A stretch of DNA of 41,717 bases from a virus (lineage: Duplodnaviria > Caudoviricetes): the IMG/VR virus record IMGVR_UViG_3300001866_000020, positions 1-41,717 of that record, one strand, 5' to 3'. Position numbers and translations under genes: made by a program. Below the pieces are notes generated by a model. It worked only from the letters and a program-made list of their open reading frames with translations, was not told the origin of the DNA and did no database searches. Each line of letters starts with the position of its first letter. Position 1 is the stretch's first letter. Positions 17,471 to 27,301 of this stretch are shown one piece after another.

Positions 17471-18115
17471 TTATAGATGGGGGATTCCTACGCTGGTGAT
17501 GATCTGCAGAAGACCCTCGATCGTCATCTGGCCGTGATACGCCATCAGGACCACGGTGACCAGAAACATCAGGATCACCACAGCCTGGAAAATTTTCCGG
17601 GCGATCGTGAACGCTTTCTCGGCGTTCTCCCAGGTCACCTCGCGGTTCCAGATGTTGCCGAGTGCATAGAATACCTGCAGGATCGAGTCCTTCCCATACG
17701 TCCCGTTGAGCGGGTTCGGGGGATATGCCGGGGTGAGCAGGTCCGGGACCAGCCAGGATACGAACCGGCGGGATACTAGCATCAGGACCCAGCCCTGAAG
17801 TAGGCAGGCCATCCCAATAATCGGTGCGTAGACCGGGAGGTATATCGATGCAAGCCAGTATCCCAACAGACCCTGAGGGACCATACCAAGGAAAAACACC
17901 CCGAAGATCCAGAAGTAATGTTCGTGTGCCCGCAGCTGTGCCTTATGCTCGCTATCGAGATTATTGCACGAGAACATACCCCAAGCGTATCGGAATCCCC
18001 AAGAAATGTTGTGATACTCGGGGTCGTCGAGCTCGTACCATTTCTGGCCAGCGTTCATAAAGCCAATAAGGAGAAACGGGAAAAATATGATCAGGGATTC
18101 AAGCATTGGAACCAC
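17471..18115 (-). CDS. Multi-pass membrane protein (lysis or exclusion candidate)
   Basis: About four hydrophobic segments; last gene of the late arm. Confidence 0.7.
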   Translation of the reverse strand: MVPMLESLIIFFPFLLIGFMNAGQKWYELDDPEYHNISWGFRYAWGMFSCNNLDSEHKAQLRAHEHYFWIFGVFFLGMVPQGLLGYWLASIYLPVYAPIIGMACLLQGWVLMLVSRRFVSWLVPDLLTPAYPPNPLNGTYGKDSILQVFYALGNIWNREVTWENAEKAFTIARKIFQAVVILMFLVTVVLMAYHGQMTIEGLLQIITSVGIPHL

Positions 18116-18123
18116 CTAACCGG

Positions 18124-18729
18124 TCAATCCCTCGACAATTTCTGACCGGTGAATTTCAGGCCGAAGTCCTGCGACGTGAAGATGACCGGGATCTCTACCT
18201 TGCCGTCGTTCAGGCCGAAGGTTTCAGTAGTCTCGGCGCCGGTCTTGATGGTGATGACATGATCGCCGGGTATCCGGTGCTTCTGGGGGATCCAGTACGA
18301 TATCGGGATCTTCTCTCCAACCGATCTTGCCCGAATGTTCTGCATCTGATTGTCCTTCAACGGCTCATTGTCCATGTAGATCGAGTAGAACCCGCTGCCT
18401 GTCGCAAGCACCTGGAGATCCGCGAACATCTCCGGGATCTGGTTGACATCGCAGGTCAACGAAGGGGCAGGGACGTGGGCAGATGCCGAATCGCCATAGA
18501 TGCCGAGCACGGTGACTTTGGCGTCCGGGAGTCTTCCCTCGGTGTTTTTCGCAGGTGCTGCGGGTGCGGGTACGGGTTCTGCAACCTTGGTCGCTGCCGG
18601 TGCATCTGGTGCTGCAGGACCTGCTGCGGCAGAGGTAGTTGTTTTCACACCGACATTCTTCCCGTAATAATACGAGAGGGCGATTGCAACGAGCGCCGCA
18701 ATCCCTTCGACGATGGTAACGATTTCCAT
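18124..18729 (-). CDS. Membrane-anchored protein: N-terminal TM, Ala/Pro linker, beta-rich domain
   Basis: Hydrophobic residues 3-22, PAAPDAPAATKVAEPVPAPAAP linker; has its own late motif. Confidence 0.75.
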   Translation of the reverse strand: MEIVTIVEGIAALVAIALSYYYGKNVGVKTTTSAAAGPAAPDAPAATKVAEPVPAPAAPAKNTEGRLPDAKVTVLGIYGDSASAHVPAPSLTCDVNQIPEMFADLQVLATGSGFYSIYMDNEPLKDNQMQNIRARSVGEKIPISYWIPQKHRIPGDHVITIKTGAETTETFGLNDGKVEIPVIFTSQDFGLKFTGQKLSRD

Positions 18730-18754
18730 AGACTCCCGTGGCTTCGAACGGGAT

Positions 18755-18768
18755 ATAAAAAAAAGTCA
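18755..18768 (-). promoter_or_regulatory. Late-promoter motif TGACTTTTTTTTAT
   Basis: G of GAC is 38 nt upstream of ATG 18729. Confidence 0.8.
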
Positions 18769-18776
18769 ATGATTGA

Positions 18777-19547
18777 TTACTGGACTTTGATCCATACCCT
18801 GATTACTCCGTAGGGTTGCAGGTTGTTATGAGCCGAAACTGCGTCGGTGTTTGCAACTGCGCCTGTTGTGGTAACGCCAGTGCCGCCGCCGGAGTTGGGG
18901 GTTGCACCCGGCCCCGCGTAAGCCCCGCCAGAGTGAGAGTGCGCGGCGATACCGGATTCCTGCCCCGTGAGGAGGTGCGTTTTCTCCCCTCCGGTTTTAC
19001 CGACGGCGTTAAAGGTAGCATCTCCGGAATCATACCCGACCGGCACCCTTCCGCGGAAATCAGGGAGGTTAAACGTGGTGCTGCCATCCCCAACACCCCA
19101 TAAGGTCCCGACCTTCGCAAACAGAGCCGCGTATGTGGATCTGCTGATAGCCGTACCGACACATTCTGCCCAATTGGCCCCAGGGCTTGTATTGTGAGAG
19201 ACGATCTTCAGATCGCCGATCTGATATGACTCGACGGTCGCTGCAAGTGCGTCAACGGCGGCTTTTACAAGGGCCGCAGTCGCAATTTGCTGTGTATTCG
19301 TACCGACATCTGCTGTTGGGGCCGTTGGAATCCCAGTCAGGGCTGGGGATGCCAGCGGGGCCTTGAGATCGACCGTTGCTGCAAGAGCATTGAGCTGGAC
19401 GACTGTCGCTCTGAGTGCGATCGCGTCGTTTGCTGCCTTGATCAGCGTGTCGATATCCGTGAAATTTTGACAGATTTCATCGTCCCAGCCCTGCTCATCG
19501 TATACCGGGAGATAGAGATCGTAATTAGGGGTGCGTGTGCCGACCAT
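18777..19547 (-). CDS. Tail fibre with tail-collar domain
   Basis: APLASPALTGIPTAPT fibre repeat; ISRSTYAALF...GDGSTTFNLPDFRGR collar; HNNLQPY. Confidence 0.92.
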   Translation of the reverse strand: MVGTRTPNYDLYLPVYDEQGWDDEICQNFTDIDTLIKAANDAIALRATVVQLNALAATVDLKAPLASPALTGIPTAPTADVGTNTQQIATAALVKAAVDALAATVESYQIGDLKIVSHNTSPGANWAECVGTAISRSTYAALFAKVGTLWGVGDGSTTFNLPDFRGRVPVGYDSGDATFNAVGKTGGEKTHLLTGQESGIAAHSHSGGAYAGPGATPNSGGGTGVTTTGAVANTDAVSAHNNLQPYGVIRVWIKVQ

Positions 19548-19930
19548 TATGCCACCTGCCTGGCAACAAGGAATGGTTTCATCGCGAAGATCGCGCCCGT
19601 ACTGGCCCCGATGATCGTAGCATTCCGAACTTCCCTGCAGAGCGGAACCCCTCCAGTATGGGCATTGAATATCACAAACTCAGTGATCTCCGTGTCTTCA
19701 GAGACCGTTCCTTCAGGTACGGTCAGAGTGCAGGTTGCGTATGATCCGTTTCGGGTCAGGACGAACGGTGCCCGGTACACTTCGTTTTCCAAGCCGGGAT
19801 CGTTTTTCGTCGGGGATGTTGTACCAGTACCGATCCCCATCTCAGTGAATGGAGCTGCCCCCGCCTCCCCGAAACCGAGTCGTGTTAACTCAGCCTCGCC
19901 GTTATACGTGTATGCAAAACCATTTGCCAT
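19547..19930 (-). CDS. Tail fibre attachment / collar protein (DUF3751-like)
   Basis: MGIGTG...LENEVYR...ITEFVIF pattern; ATG 19930 supported by motif spacing. Confidence 0.7.
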   Translation of the reverse strand: MANGFAYTYNGEAELTRLGFGEAGAAPFTEMGIGTGTTSPTKNDPGLENEVYRAPFVLTRNGSYATCTLTVPEGTVSEDTEITEFVIFNAHTGGVPLCREVRNATIIGASTGAIFAMKPFLVARQVA

Positions 19931-19954
19931 GCGCAATGGTCGAAAAAAAGGCAA

Positions 19955-19968
19955 ATAAAGAAAAGTCG
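19955..19968 (-). promoter_or_regulatory. Late-promoter motif CGACTTTTCTTTAT
   Basis: 37 nt upstream of ATG 19930. Confidence 0.8.
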
Positions 19969-19975
19969 GATTATG

Positions 19976-20728
19976 TTAGGGTATCGGTGTGACGACTGTA
20001 TCCAAATGTCCGATCGCTATGCCGTCGCTACCCCACGGACTAGACCCCCACTTCTGCCGGCCCCAGCCGGGAGGTGAGGGACTGGTCAGGACCATCACGC
20101 TGGACTCATACCCAATCCCGATCTCGGCCACTAGGTGCAGGTCGATTTCGACGCCCTGCGCCGTGCAGATGAATGTCGTCTGGTCAGTCAGGGCGAGCAC
20201 ACCCATCGCCTTCGCTTTCTCGATCGCGCCGTACAGGACCGGCAGCGATATCGGGCCCGGAGGCGGCGTATAGAAGACAATCTTGAACTGCCCAACATTG
20301 TACGCCCCACCCCACGGAGACGATCCCCACTTCTGCGCTCCCCAGCCGGCGCCGGTTCCGCCTTGGGCGTTCGGGTTCTCGATCACCTCGAACTCGTCCG
20401 TGCTGTAGCCGGTGAGGTAACAAATGATCGCTTCGAGGTCTGCTTTGGTCCCGTTGCTGCTCTGCAACCTGCGGAGGATTGAGGCCCTTGCCCGGTAATC
20501 GTCGTCAGACTCGCCCGCCAGCCGCTCGATCCCGGTCAGCGCGAGGACCTGGTCCAGCTGGGCACCGGTCGCGGTATCAAGCTGATGAGCGGCCCGGACC
20601 TGGTCCGCGGCTGCCGCGAGCTCGTCCAGCTCTGCGCCGATAACCTCGACGAACCTAGCAAGGTTCGAATCCGGATCCTTGCTGAACGCGCTTGACAGCC
20701 GGCCGAGGATCTCCGTGGACCAGCTCAT
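19976..20728 (-). CDS. Baseplate wedge protein (gpI/DUF2612-like)
   Basis: LDTATGAQLD, RLAGESDDDYR, SNGT motifs; follows baseplate J. Confidence 0.8.
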   Translation of the reverse strand: MSWSTEILGRLSSAFSKDPDSNLARFVEVIGAELDELAAAADQVRAAHQLDTATGAQLDQVLALTGIERLAGESDDDYRARASILRRLQSSNGTKADLEAIICYLTGYSTDEFEVIENPNAQGGTGAGWGAQKWGSSPWGGAYNVGQFKIVFYTPPPGPISLPVLYGAIEKAKAMGVLALTDQTTFICTAQGVEIDLHLVAEIGIGYESSVMVLTSPSPPGWGRQKWGSSPWGSDGIAIGHLDTVVTPIP

Positions 20729-21826
20729 CTACACCACCGTGATTGTGTGCGTGCCGTTGGTGGCTACGGACGAATCCGCGATCGCGAGCGTCTCGCCCAG
20801 GGCATCGAGGGTTGATCCGCCACCGGTGGCGGTCAGAGCATTGACGTTTTCAACTCCCGTGGTGTTGGCAATCACCCGGATGATGTCTGAGTATGCCACA
20901 TCTTCCGAGATCGGTAGTGAGGCGAAGAACGCAGCCAGGGCGGCGTTGGTGTTCGCCTCCACCGCCTCGGATGTGATGGTCGAGGCTTTGAGCACCGTAA
21001 CAGTCACTGCGACCGGCACCGCATTGGGTCGGGCGAGACTCGCGATGATCCCGCACGGCCGGGTAGCTGCGATGACCGCATTCAGGTCCCCGTCAGATCC
21101 CCCGAGAACGTAACAGGTCGCCGTGTGATGATCGGTGTCTTCCGTGACCAGGACATCAATAACCCCGGTCACCGCAGCGAGGGCCTGCTCCATCGCGATC
21201 AGGGTGGCTTTGCTGGTCGTGCTCGGCACCCGCGTCCGGATCCGGAGCATCGGGTCGGACTCGGCATCGGTGCCGTCTTCCATAGCTGTGGGGTTGGTCA
21301 CGGACTCGATCCCCGATATCGTGTCCATGATGTGGGTGATGATCCCGGCAGTGACGTTGCCGGCCACGCCTGGTGTCATACATTCCGCGGCGATATCCAC
21401 GGTCAGGAATCCGGCCTCGAGGACGCCGTCCGCGGTCGTCTCGAAGATGAGCGATCCATCCGCGTTCGAGACCCGGGTGCCGGCCGGGATCGCGTATGAG
21501 ACCGCAGAGATCGTTGTCCGGGAGAACCGGACCGTCCCGGTCGCGGGGGTCGCAGCTTTGCGGGCGATTCCCTGGATCACCGCGACTGCGTCGAGGTTGG
21601 TTTTTGCCGCGGTGTTCAGGAACCCGGCATAATGTACGGATTCGAGGACCTGCCAGCATTCCGCGATCGCGTACGCGGTACTCTGCAGCAGCTGGCCGGC
21701 CAGCGTGGTGTCCGAGAGGTCGATATCGTCCCCGTATACTTCGCGGATTTTTGCGGTCATGGAATCTCTGATGGCCGCGAGATCTTTCACGACAAACCCG
21801 TCCGCGGTCACTCCATAATCGGTCAC
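20729..21826 (-). CDS. Baseplate J-like protein
   Basis: LD...GIARKAATPATG, IPAGTRV, GVAGNV, GTDAESDPMLR. Confidence 0.93.
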   Translation of the reverse strand: MTDYGVTADGFVVKDLAAIRDSMTAKIREVYGDDIDLSDTTLAGQLLQSTAYAIAECWQVLESVHYAGFLNTAAKTNLDAVAVIQGIARKAATPATGTVRFSRTTISAVSYAIPAGTRVSNADGSLIFETTADGVLEAGFLTVDIAAECMTPGVAGNVTAGIITHIMDTISGIESVTNPTAMEDGTDAESDPMLRIRTRVPSTTSKATLIAMEQALAAVTGVIDVLVTEDTDHHTATCYVLGGSDGDLNAVIAATRPCGIIASLARPNAVPVAVTVTVLKASTITSEAVEANTNAALAAFFASLPISEDVAYSDIIRVIANTTGVENVNALTATGGGSTLDALGETLAIADSSVATNGTHTITVV

Positions 21827-22176
21827 AGGGTTTCCTCCAGGGAGATCGGTTCACCGGTTTTCAGGGTCCCTGACAGGGCCACGACCAGGTGCCGGTCCTC
21901 GTCATAGGTGCACGAGACCGTGTACGATTCCAGCGCGGCGTACGTGTCGAGAGCCTTCCGGATCTCGCTGGTCGCGACCTGGATGTTTCTTTCTGACGAA
22001 ACGATCGCGACGTGGTCCGTGCCGAAATTGGCGGAGAGGTGGAACGATCCTTTGAGAGTCCGGAGGATCACCGCGATGTCCTGGAGGACCTTCTCGGTGC
22101 CGGATATCACGGTCATCCGTTTCCGGCTGTCCAGGACAAGGTCCCCCGCAGGATTGATCTTGAGGGCGATTGACAT
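21823..22176 (-). CDS. Baseplate wedge gp25/gp46-like protein
   Basis: GDLVLD...QDIAVILRTLKGSFHLSANFG; ATG 22176 supported by motif spacing. Confidence 0.8.
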   Translation of the reverse strand: MSIALKINPAGDLVLDSRKRMTVISGTEKVLQDIAVILRTLKGSFHLSANFGTDHVAIVSSERNIQVATSEIRKALDTYAALESYTVSCTYDEDRHLVVALSGTLKTGEPISLEETL

Positions 22177-22197
22177 ACAGGCGAATCTGAACGCGGG

Positions 22198-22214
22198 ATA
22201 AAAAAGGAAGGTCG
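22198..22214 (-). promoter_or_regulatory. Late-promoter motif CGACCTTCCTTTTTTAT
   Basis: 37 nt upstream of ATG 22176. Confidence 0.75.
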
Positions 22215-22538
22215 TTACTCGATGACCGTTACAAAGTCCTGCTGGACAGATTGGGCGCCCAGGAGCGCGTGGCAGCCGTCCGATCCGGTATCGCCTTCGA
22301 GCACGATCGGGGTCCCGTTCAGGGTGACGAACGAGCTGGTTCCGTTGGTGCCGGCATTCCCGCCGCACCCATCCGGGCCGGTGTACTGCTGCCCGCGGAC
22401 GATCACTGCCTTGTTTTCTATGGTCACGAAGTCGTTGAGCGTGTTGTGGATCGTGCCGGTCCCTCCGCCCAGGTGAGGAGGCGGGCAGTCGGTCCAGACT
22501 TCAGTATCGCCGTCGACAATCGCTTTTTTTGCTGTCAT
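22215..22538 (-). CDS. PAAR-like spike tip protein
   Basis: Repeated FVTxxxxxIxxxGD motifs with Cys/His; follows the spike gene. Confidence 0.8.
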   Translation of the reverse strand: MTAKKAIVDGDTEVWTDCPPPHLGGGTGTIHNTLNDFVTIENKAVIVRGQQYTGPDGCGGNAGTNGTSSFVTLNGTPIVLEGDTGSDGCHALLGAQSVQQDFVTVIE

Positions 22539-23017
22539 GTTTTCTTGATCCACTTGATATGTGACGCGGTGATCTCGATGTCGCCGTTTGCCCGGAACAT
22601 GATGGAGGATCCGCTTTTGTGCTGCAGCAGCATCTCTCCCTCGGCCACGGTCGGGACCGTGTCGCTCTCCGCGTACGCCCCGGCAAGCACGATCGCATGG
22701 TTGGCGTTGTGGAGGACCAGCTCGTTGGCGGTCACGATATCGCGGTTCCTGAGCTGTTTTTGCAGTTCATGCTTGCTGAACCCGACAACCACGATATCGC
22801 CCACTGCTGGCGCGATGAGGACCGCCCCGGCACCGTATGCGGGCAGGGCCAGGGGCACGTTCTGCAGTTCGATCTCGTTGTCCTGGATCTTGTGCTTGAG
22901 CCGGACCGATACGCGCCAGGTGCCGAGGTCCACCTTGGTGACGACCGCGATCGAGAGGGTGTTGACCCGGGCGATGCGGCGATCGATCAGATCCGAGATC
23001 TTCTCTGCGATACTCAC
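22535..23017 (-). CDS. Baseplate central spike (gpV/gp138/gp5 OB-fold type)
   Basis: LQNVPL, PAVGDIVVVGF, LQHKSGSSIMF; GTG start coupled to the upstream stop. Confidence 0.85.
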   Translation of the reverse strand: MSIAEKISDLIDRRIARVNTLSIAVVTKVDLGTWRVSVRLKHKIQDNEIELQNVPLALPAYGAGAVLIAPAVGDIVVVGFSKHELQKQLRNRDIVTANELVLHNANHAIVLAGAYAESDTVPTVAEGEMLLQHKSGSSIMFRANGDIEITASHIKWIKKT

Positions 23018-23835
23018 AGAGGTTTCACCTTCATCTCTGTCTGGTATTCGGTGGCGTCGCAGGTATGCGTATATTCGACGACCTTGTAGGTTCCGGAGGC
23101 CCCCGGGGAAAGGGATTTCAGTTCGATGACTGAATCCGTGGTCACTGGCCATTTCAGGAGAGAGACGATGGATCGGGAGTAGGATCCATCATCCGGCTCT
23201 TCTGGCACGGTTTCGGAAAGCCCGGTTTCGCACGATAAGACGATCTTCTCGCCCCGGCCGAAGAAGTCAACCGTGACGAAATATCCTTTCCCGCCCTCGA
23301 CGTAGAATTTTGCTTCCTTGTGGGTTTTATCACTGCCGTTGATTTTTTTCTGGCAGTACCCGAGGTTCGTAAATGCACTGGGATCCGAAGTGAAGTCCTC
23401 CTCGAGAACGAATCCCTGATCATTGATCTTGCCAATCGGGATCTCCGATGCGTTAAACGCATCCGCGATGATGGTCGAAAGGCCGGCGCCCTTCCGGTAC
23501 ACGACCGAAGGTTTCCCGGTTGCGTACACCTGGTTAAGGGCTGTGATCCTTGTCCGAATATCGCCCTGGTCGCGTTCGTCCCAGGATTTCTTCACGATCC
23601 CGATGAAGATCTCGCCATTATCCCCGGTGTGCCCGGCCTTGAGCCGGACCTTCTGGTCCGACTTGATGGCGGCCTTGGTAGCAGCTGCCAGGTTCCAGAC
23701 CGAGATCTCTGCAGTGTTCGCATCGCTTGAGTTGCCGGCTTTTATGGAGAAATCGATATCCAGCTGATCGTTGGTGATGAGGAGATCTCCTATCTTCAGC
23801 TCAATCTCGCGGTTCCACAGGTCGACATCAGTCAT
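23014..23835 (-). CDS. Baseplate hub protein
   Basis: NTAEISVWNL, LKAGH...IFIG, GTYKVVEYTH; position before the spike. Confidence 0.8.
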   Translation of the reverse strand: MTDVDLWNREIELKIGDLLITNDQLDIDFSIKAGNSSDANTAEISVWNLAAATKAAIKSDQKVRLKAGHTGDNGEIFIGIVKKSWDERDQGDIRTRITALNQVYATGKPSVVYRKGAGLSTIIADAFNASEIPIGKINDQGFVLEEDFTSDPSAFTNLGYCQKKINGSDKTHKEAKFYVEGGKGYFVTVDFFGRGEKIVLSCETGLSETVPEEPDDGSYSRSIVSLLKWPVTTDSVIELKSLSPGASGTYKVVEYTHTCDATEYQTEMKVKPL

Positions 23836-24121
23836 AGAACAACCAGACCTCACAGGCAGATGCAGTGATCGTGTTCGGGAAGGTGACAAACAGCGACTGG
23901 TACGTCGCGGGATCCCGGACTGGCAGGGCAGTGAGATCATCAATGCGGGAGTTCAGGACAGTGGCGCCGTCCGCGTTCCGGACAATTTTCAGTACGCAGA
24001 ACCCCCCATTCTCCGGATTCCAGCGGTAATAGACTGTGTAAGCTGTGCCGAGGATGTTCACCTGCTGCTGTTGAGGATACCCGATCCCGGGATCAAATGG
24101 GAGCGCGTCGACATCGGTCAT
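23828..24121 (-). CDS. Small baseplate (plug-like) protein
   Basis: YTVYYRWN motif and conserved position. Confidence 0.65.
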   Translation of the reverse strand: MTDVDALPFDPGIGYPQQQQVNILGTAYTVYYRWNPENGGFCVLKIVRNADGATVLNSRIDDLTALPVRDPATYQSLFVTFPNTITASACEVWLFYD

Positions 24122-24756
24122 ACTCTCGGCACGCTCCTGTTCATCGATCGAAGCGCATCCATTTTTTCAGCGAGCCCGTCGCAATATGTCAGCGCCGGTT
24201 GGTTTTCCTGCCGGACAGGGGCTGCTTTTGGGAGGGTCCGGATGCTCACGAATTTGAGAGGTCCGCTCCCCGGGAAGATCTCTTCAGACACTGCCGTTAC
24301 AGGCTTTGTCACGGCTGCCGTGTTGATAGTGTTTTTCACGGCCCGGGATTTCCCGATCCTGATCTGCTCAACCGTGACATTCGCTTTGGTCGTCTCTGTC
24401 GATTCCTGCCCGACGATATCGGACAGTTTCGAGATGATCATGTTGTCGAATACGCCACGATGCGTAACCAGGGTGAACGGCGTTTTCTTCGTATTGAGGG
24501 CAGCAAGGATCTCGTATTCCCCGCTGAAAAGTTCGAGCTCGAACGACTGGACGGTCGGGTTGGCGACCGCATGGTCGGCGATCTCGGTCTGGTCCTCGAG
24601 CCGGCGCTTTGCGATTATGGTTTCATCGGTGAGGGTGATGGTCGTGATAGCCTTGAACTTCTTTCCACCGATGAGGATCTGGCTGCCGGAAGTCATGACC
24701 TCCGTCGCTGCAGCGTCCTGCTCGTTGTGCGAGATCCCCGGAATGTAGTCCGTCAC
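24118..24756 (-). CDS. Tube initiator / Dit-like baseplate protein
   Basis: LEDQTEIADH...NP, PFTLVTHRGVFDNMII; directly after the tape measure gene. Confidence 0.78.
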   Translation of the reverse strand: MTDYIPGISHNEQDAAATEVMTSGSQILIGGKKFKAITTITLTDETIIAKRRLEDQTEIADHAVANPTVQSFELELFSGEYEILAALNTKKTPFTLVTHRGVFDNMIISKLSDIVGQESTETTKANVTVEQIRIGKSRAVKNTINTAAVTKPVTAVSEEIFPGSGPLKFVSIRTLPKAAPVRQENQPALTYCDGLAEKMDALRSMNRSVPRV

Positions 24757-26357
24757 GATGACGCCCCCATGAGGTCACGCTCGATGTCGTTCTGCGCCTG
24801 CCGCGATGCCTGTTTCGTTGCCTTCGAAAAGATGCTATGGACCTGCTGGTCATCGAGTTTTTGCGCGTAGATATCGCCGACCTTGACCTTGTAGTGCACG
24901 TCCCCGGCCCGGACGTTCCGGGTGCTCGTGCTGGCGATGATGCTTGCTGCAGTCGGGGTGATGATCGGCGCCGCTGCGTTTATGATCTGGGCACTGTTGA
25001 TCGCCATCCCGATCGGTGTTGCCGCCAGCAGGAGGCCGGCGACTTTGAACAGGGGATGGTTCGTGACGGTGGACCAGGCGCTGGCGATCGCGTCCGGGAT
25101 TTTCGTGATCCATTCCCAAAGCGTCTTTATCCTTCCGACCAGGGCATCGAATACCGCTACCATGGCCGGGCTCTGTTCTCTGACATATCCGAAGAATTTG
25201 CCCAAGAGGGAATCGTTCCATCCCTTCGTGGCGAGATCGAAGAGCAAGTATCCGGCAGCGACAAGAGGGATCAGCGGCCAGAGACATGCGATCTCAGCGA
25301 GGGAGAGTGCAGAGAGCGCCCCGGTGAGACCGGCGACGGAAAAGGTAAGGCCTCCGGTTGTCGGGATGAGCATGGCCTGTGTTGCAGCCCAAAAGGATCC
25401 GGTCTCAGTGGCGAGCATCAACTCGTGGCGTAACATCATGAACGCTGCAGCATTCAGGAGAACAAACGATCCAAGAAGTGCCATGCCTGTGGTGAGTACT
25501 GCAACGATCCCGATCGCTCCTTTGACCGGACCCGGGAGGATACGCATTCCATCAATGAGCCAGTTGGTCGCTTTCACTACTGACACGATCACAGGGAGTG
25601 CCCCGGCAGTAATCTCGCGCTGCAGTTCTGCCCACGAGATGTTACCCTTCTGTAGTTCTTCGTTCAGGGATTCTTGTGCAAAATCGACTCTCTTGAGTAT
25701 GTCATCTTGGTGGAGAAGGACCTCATTTACAAACGCAATTTTCTGCTGTTCCATGGTCAGTTTATCGGCGCTGATGCCCAAAGACTGCGCATATTTCTTG
25801 TTCGCAGCTTCAATATCGATGATGATACCGAGATTATCGAGCCAAAGCTTCGACTGTCTGGCGGTACCGACCATGAGCGAGTTGTAATAGTAGGAGACGT
25901 CACCCCCGAGCTGCCTGGCAGCCGCTCGCGCCATCTTTGCCATAGGAGTGATGGCATTCTTATCAATGCCCAACAACATGGCGAGGTTGGCTTTCTGGAT
26001 GAGTTCGGTCTCGCTGACAACTCCGGCGGACGCAGTCCGGAGATCCTCCAGCATCTGGTCGGTGTTATTTCCCATATTTTTCCGGAATGTGACCATTGCA
26101 TCGTTGTATTGCGCGAGGTCCTTTGTCCCTTCCTTGATATACCCGAGGCCGAGCGCACCCCCGACGCCCATAGCAGCACCGACGCCGAGAAAGACGTTCC
26201 GGTATGATTCTCCGGCTTTTTTCGCTTCCTGAGAGACCCCTCCGAGGGTCTCCTTCGTCTTATCAGCTTCCTTATTGATTTTCTCAAGGGGATCTGTTGC
26301 CCCATCAGCGAGGCCCACTTCGACGAAAATGGACCGGATCGCCTCCCGCAAGCTCAT
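24753..26357 (-). CDS. Tape measure protein
   Basis: Helical Ala-rich 534 aa with LDNLGI and central TM segments; conserved position. Confidence 0.88.
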   Translation of the reverse strand: MSLREAIRSIFVEVGLADGATDPLEKINKEADKTKETLGGVSQEAKKAGESYRNVFLGVGAAMGVGGALGLGYIKEGTKDLAQYNDAMVTFRKNMGNNTDQMLEDLRTASAGVVSETELIQKANLAMLLGIDKNAITPMAKMARAAARQLGGDVSYYYNSLMVGTARQSKLWLDNLGIIIDIEAANKKYAQSLGISADKLTMEQQKIAFVNEVLLHQDDILKRVDFAQESLNEELQKGNISWAELQREITAGALPVIVSVVKATNWLIDGMRILPGPVKGAIGIVAVLTTGMALLGSFVLLNAAAFMMLRHELMLATETGSFWAATQAMLIPTTGGLTFSVAGLTGALSALSLAEIACLWPLIPLVAAGYLLFDLATKGWNDSLLGKFFGYVREQSPAMVAVFDALVGRIKTLWEWITKIPDAIASAWSTVTNHPLFKVAGLLLAATPIGMAINSAQIINAAAPIITPTAASIIASTSTRNVRAGDVHYKVKVGDIYAQKLDDQQVHSIFSKATKQASRQAQNDIERDLMGASS

Positions 26358-26382
26358 GATGAGAAGATCTGGAAAAATTGTT

Positions 26383-26396
26383 ATAAAGAAAGGTCA
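26383..26396 (-). promoter_or_regulatory. Late-promoter motif TGACCTTTCTTTAT
   Basis: 38 nt upstream of ATG 26357. Confidence 0.8.
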
Positions 26397-26572
26397 AACG
26401 GGAAATTATGGCAAAATCATATTTCGATAACTTACCTCCCGGGGAACTCTCCTGTCCTTTTTACGTCAGTGGAATGTTTGCCAGCTCTTTGGGGTCACAC
26501 TGCTCTAAAGAGAAATGCATGATTTGGAATAGGGAGGAAAAAGATTGCAATTTCAACGTTATCGCGAAGCGG

Positions 26573-27301
26573 CTAAAGGACTAACTCTTTTTCGAAATCA
26601 TACTTAATATCGGGGCCGCCGAAACAACCGGGTGTGCAGATCACTTTCAGAACCACAATTTCATCGGGGCTACCATTCCTCACGATTTTCCCATCGAATT
26701 TTTCCGCGTCGGGTGGGGCGAGAGATCCTATTGGGCAGGTGTCGGCCCTCCAAGAGTCGTTTCCTTTCTTCTGATTGTGCTTAAGATCGGCTTTCAAGCG
26801 ATCGATATATTGACCGTAGCTACCGGATTTTATAATTTTCTGGATCTCTATCTCCTTATGTTGTTCGTCCCTAATGAGGACCTTTTGGTTATCATACGGG
26901 CGGGTCATGACATAGATAAAATTCCCGCACGATTTGCACTTGGTTTTCCCCATCGGCTTTTTCTTAAAAACCGTGCTGCAATAGGGGCAGATGGGTTCAA
27001 AATTCCCGATGGCAGTGACATCATGAGGGATACCCGCCACAATGCCGTCGATCAACTTATCATAATCAACATTAGTCTTCGGAAGAGGTTTTGGAGGTAT
27101 CCTGATCTCGATCCCGGATGCTTCAAATCGTTTGAACGCCTCTGTCTCTTCAAGTGGGGGAAGGGGTTGCTGTGGGCCGCCTCCAACAATGATCCTTTTA
27201 CTCAGCTCAGTTACAAGGCCATCGATAACCTCCTCCCGCTCTTCCGCGGTTGGTTTTTTTGGCTGGGGCGGCGTTCCAAAATTTTTTTCCAACAAACCCA
27301 T
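26573..27301 (-). CDS. Moron: zinc-ribbon protein inserted in the tail operon
   Basis: CPYC...KCKSCG; AT-richer; own TATATA about 25-30 nt upstream without the GAC element. Confidence 0.75.
   Translation of the reverse strand: MGLLEKNFGTPPQPKKPTAEEREEVIDGLVTELSKRIIVGGGPQQPLPPLEETEAFKRFEASGIEIRIPPKPLPKTNVDYDKLIDGIVAGIPHDVTAIGNFEPICPYCSTVFKKKPMGKTKCKSCGNFIYVMTRPYDNQKVLIRDEQHKEIEIQKIIKSGSYGQYIDRLKADLKHNQKKGNDSWRADTCPIGSLAPPDAEKFDGKIVRNGSPDEIVVLKVICTPGCFGGPDIKYDFEKELVL

Noticed and set aside
18124-19547. Diversity-generating retroelement or invertible fibre cassette
   Set aside because: No reverse transcriptase, invertase or TR/VR repeat pair seen
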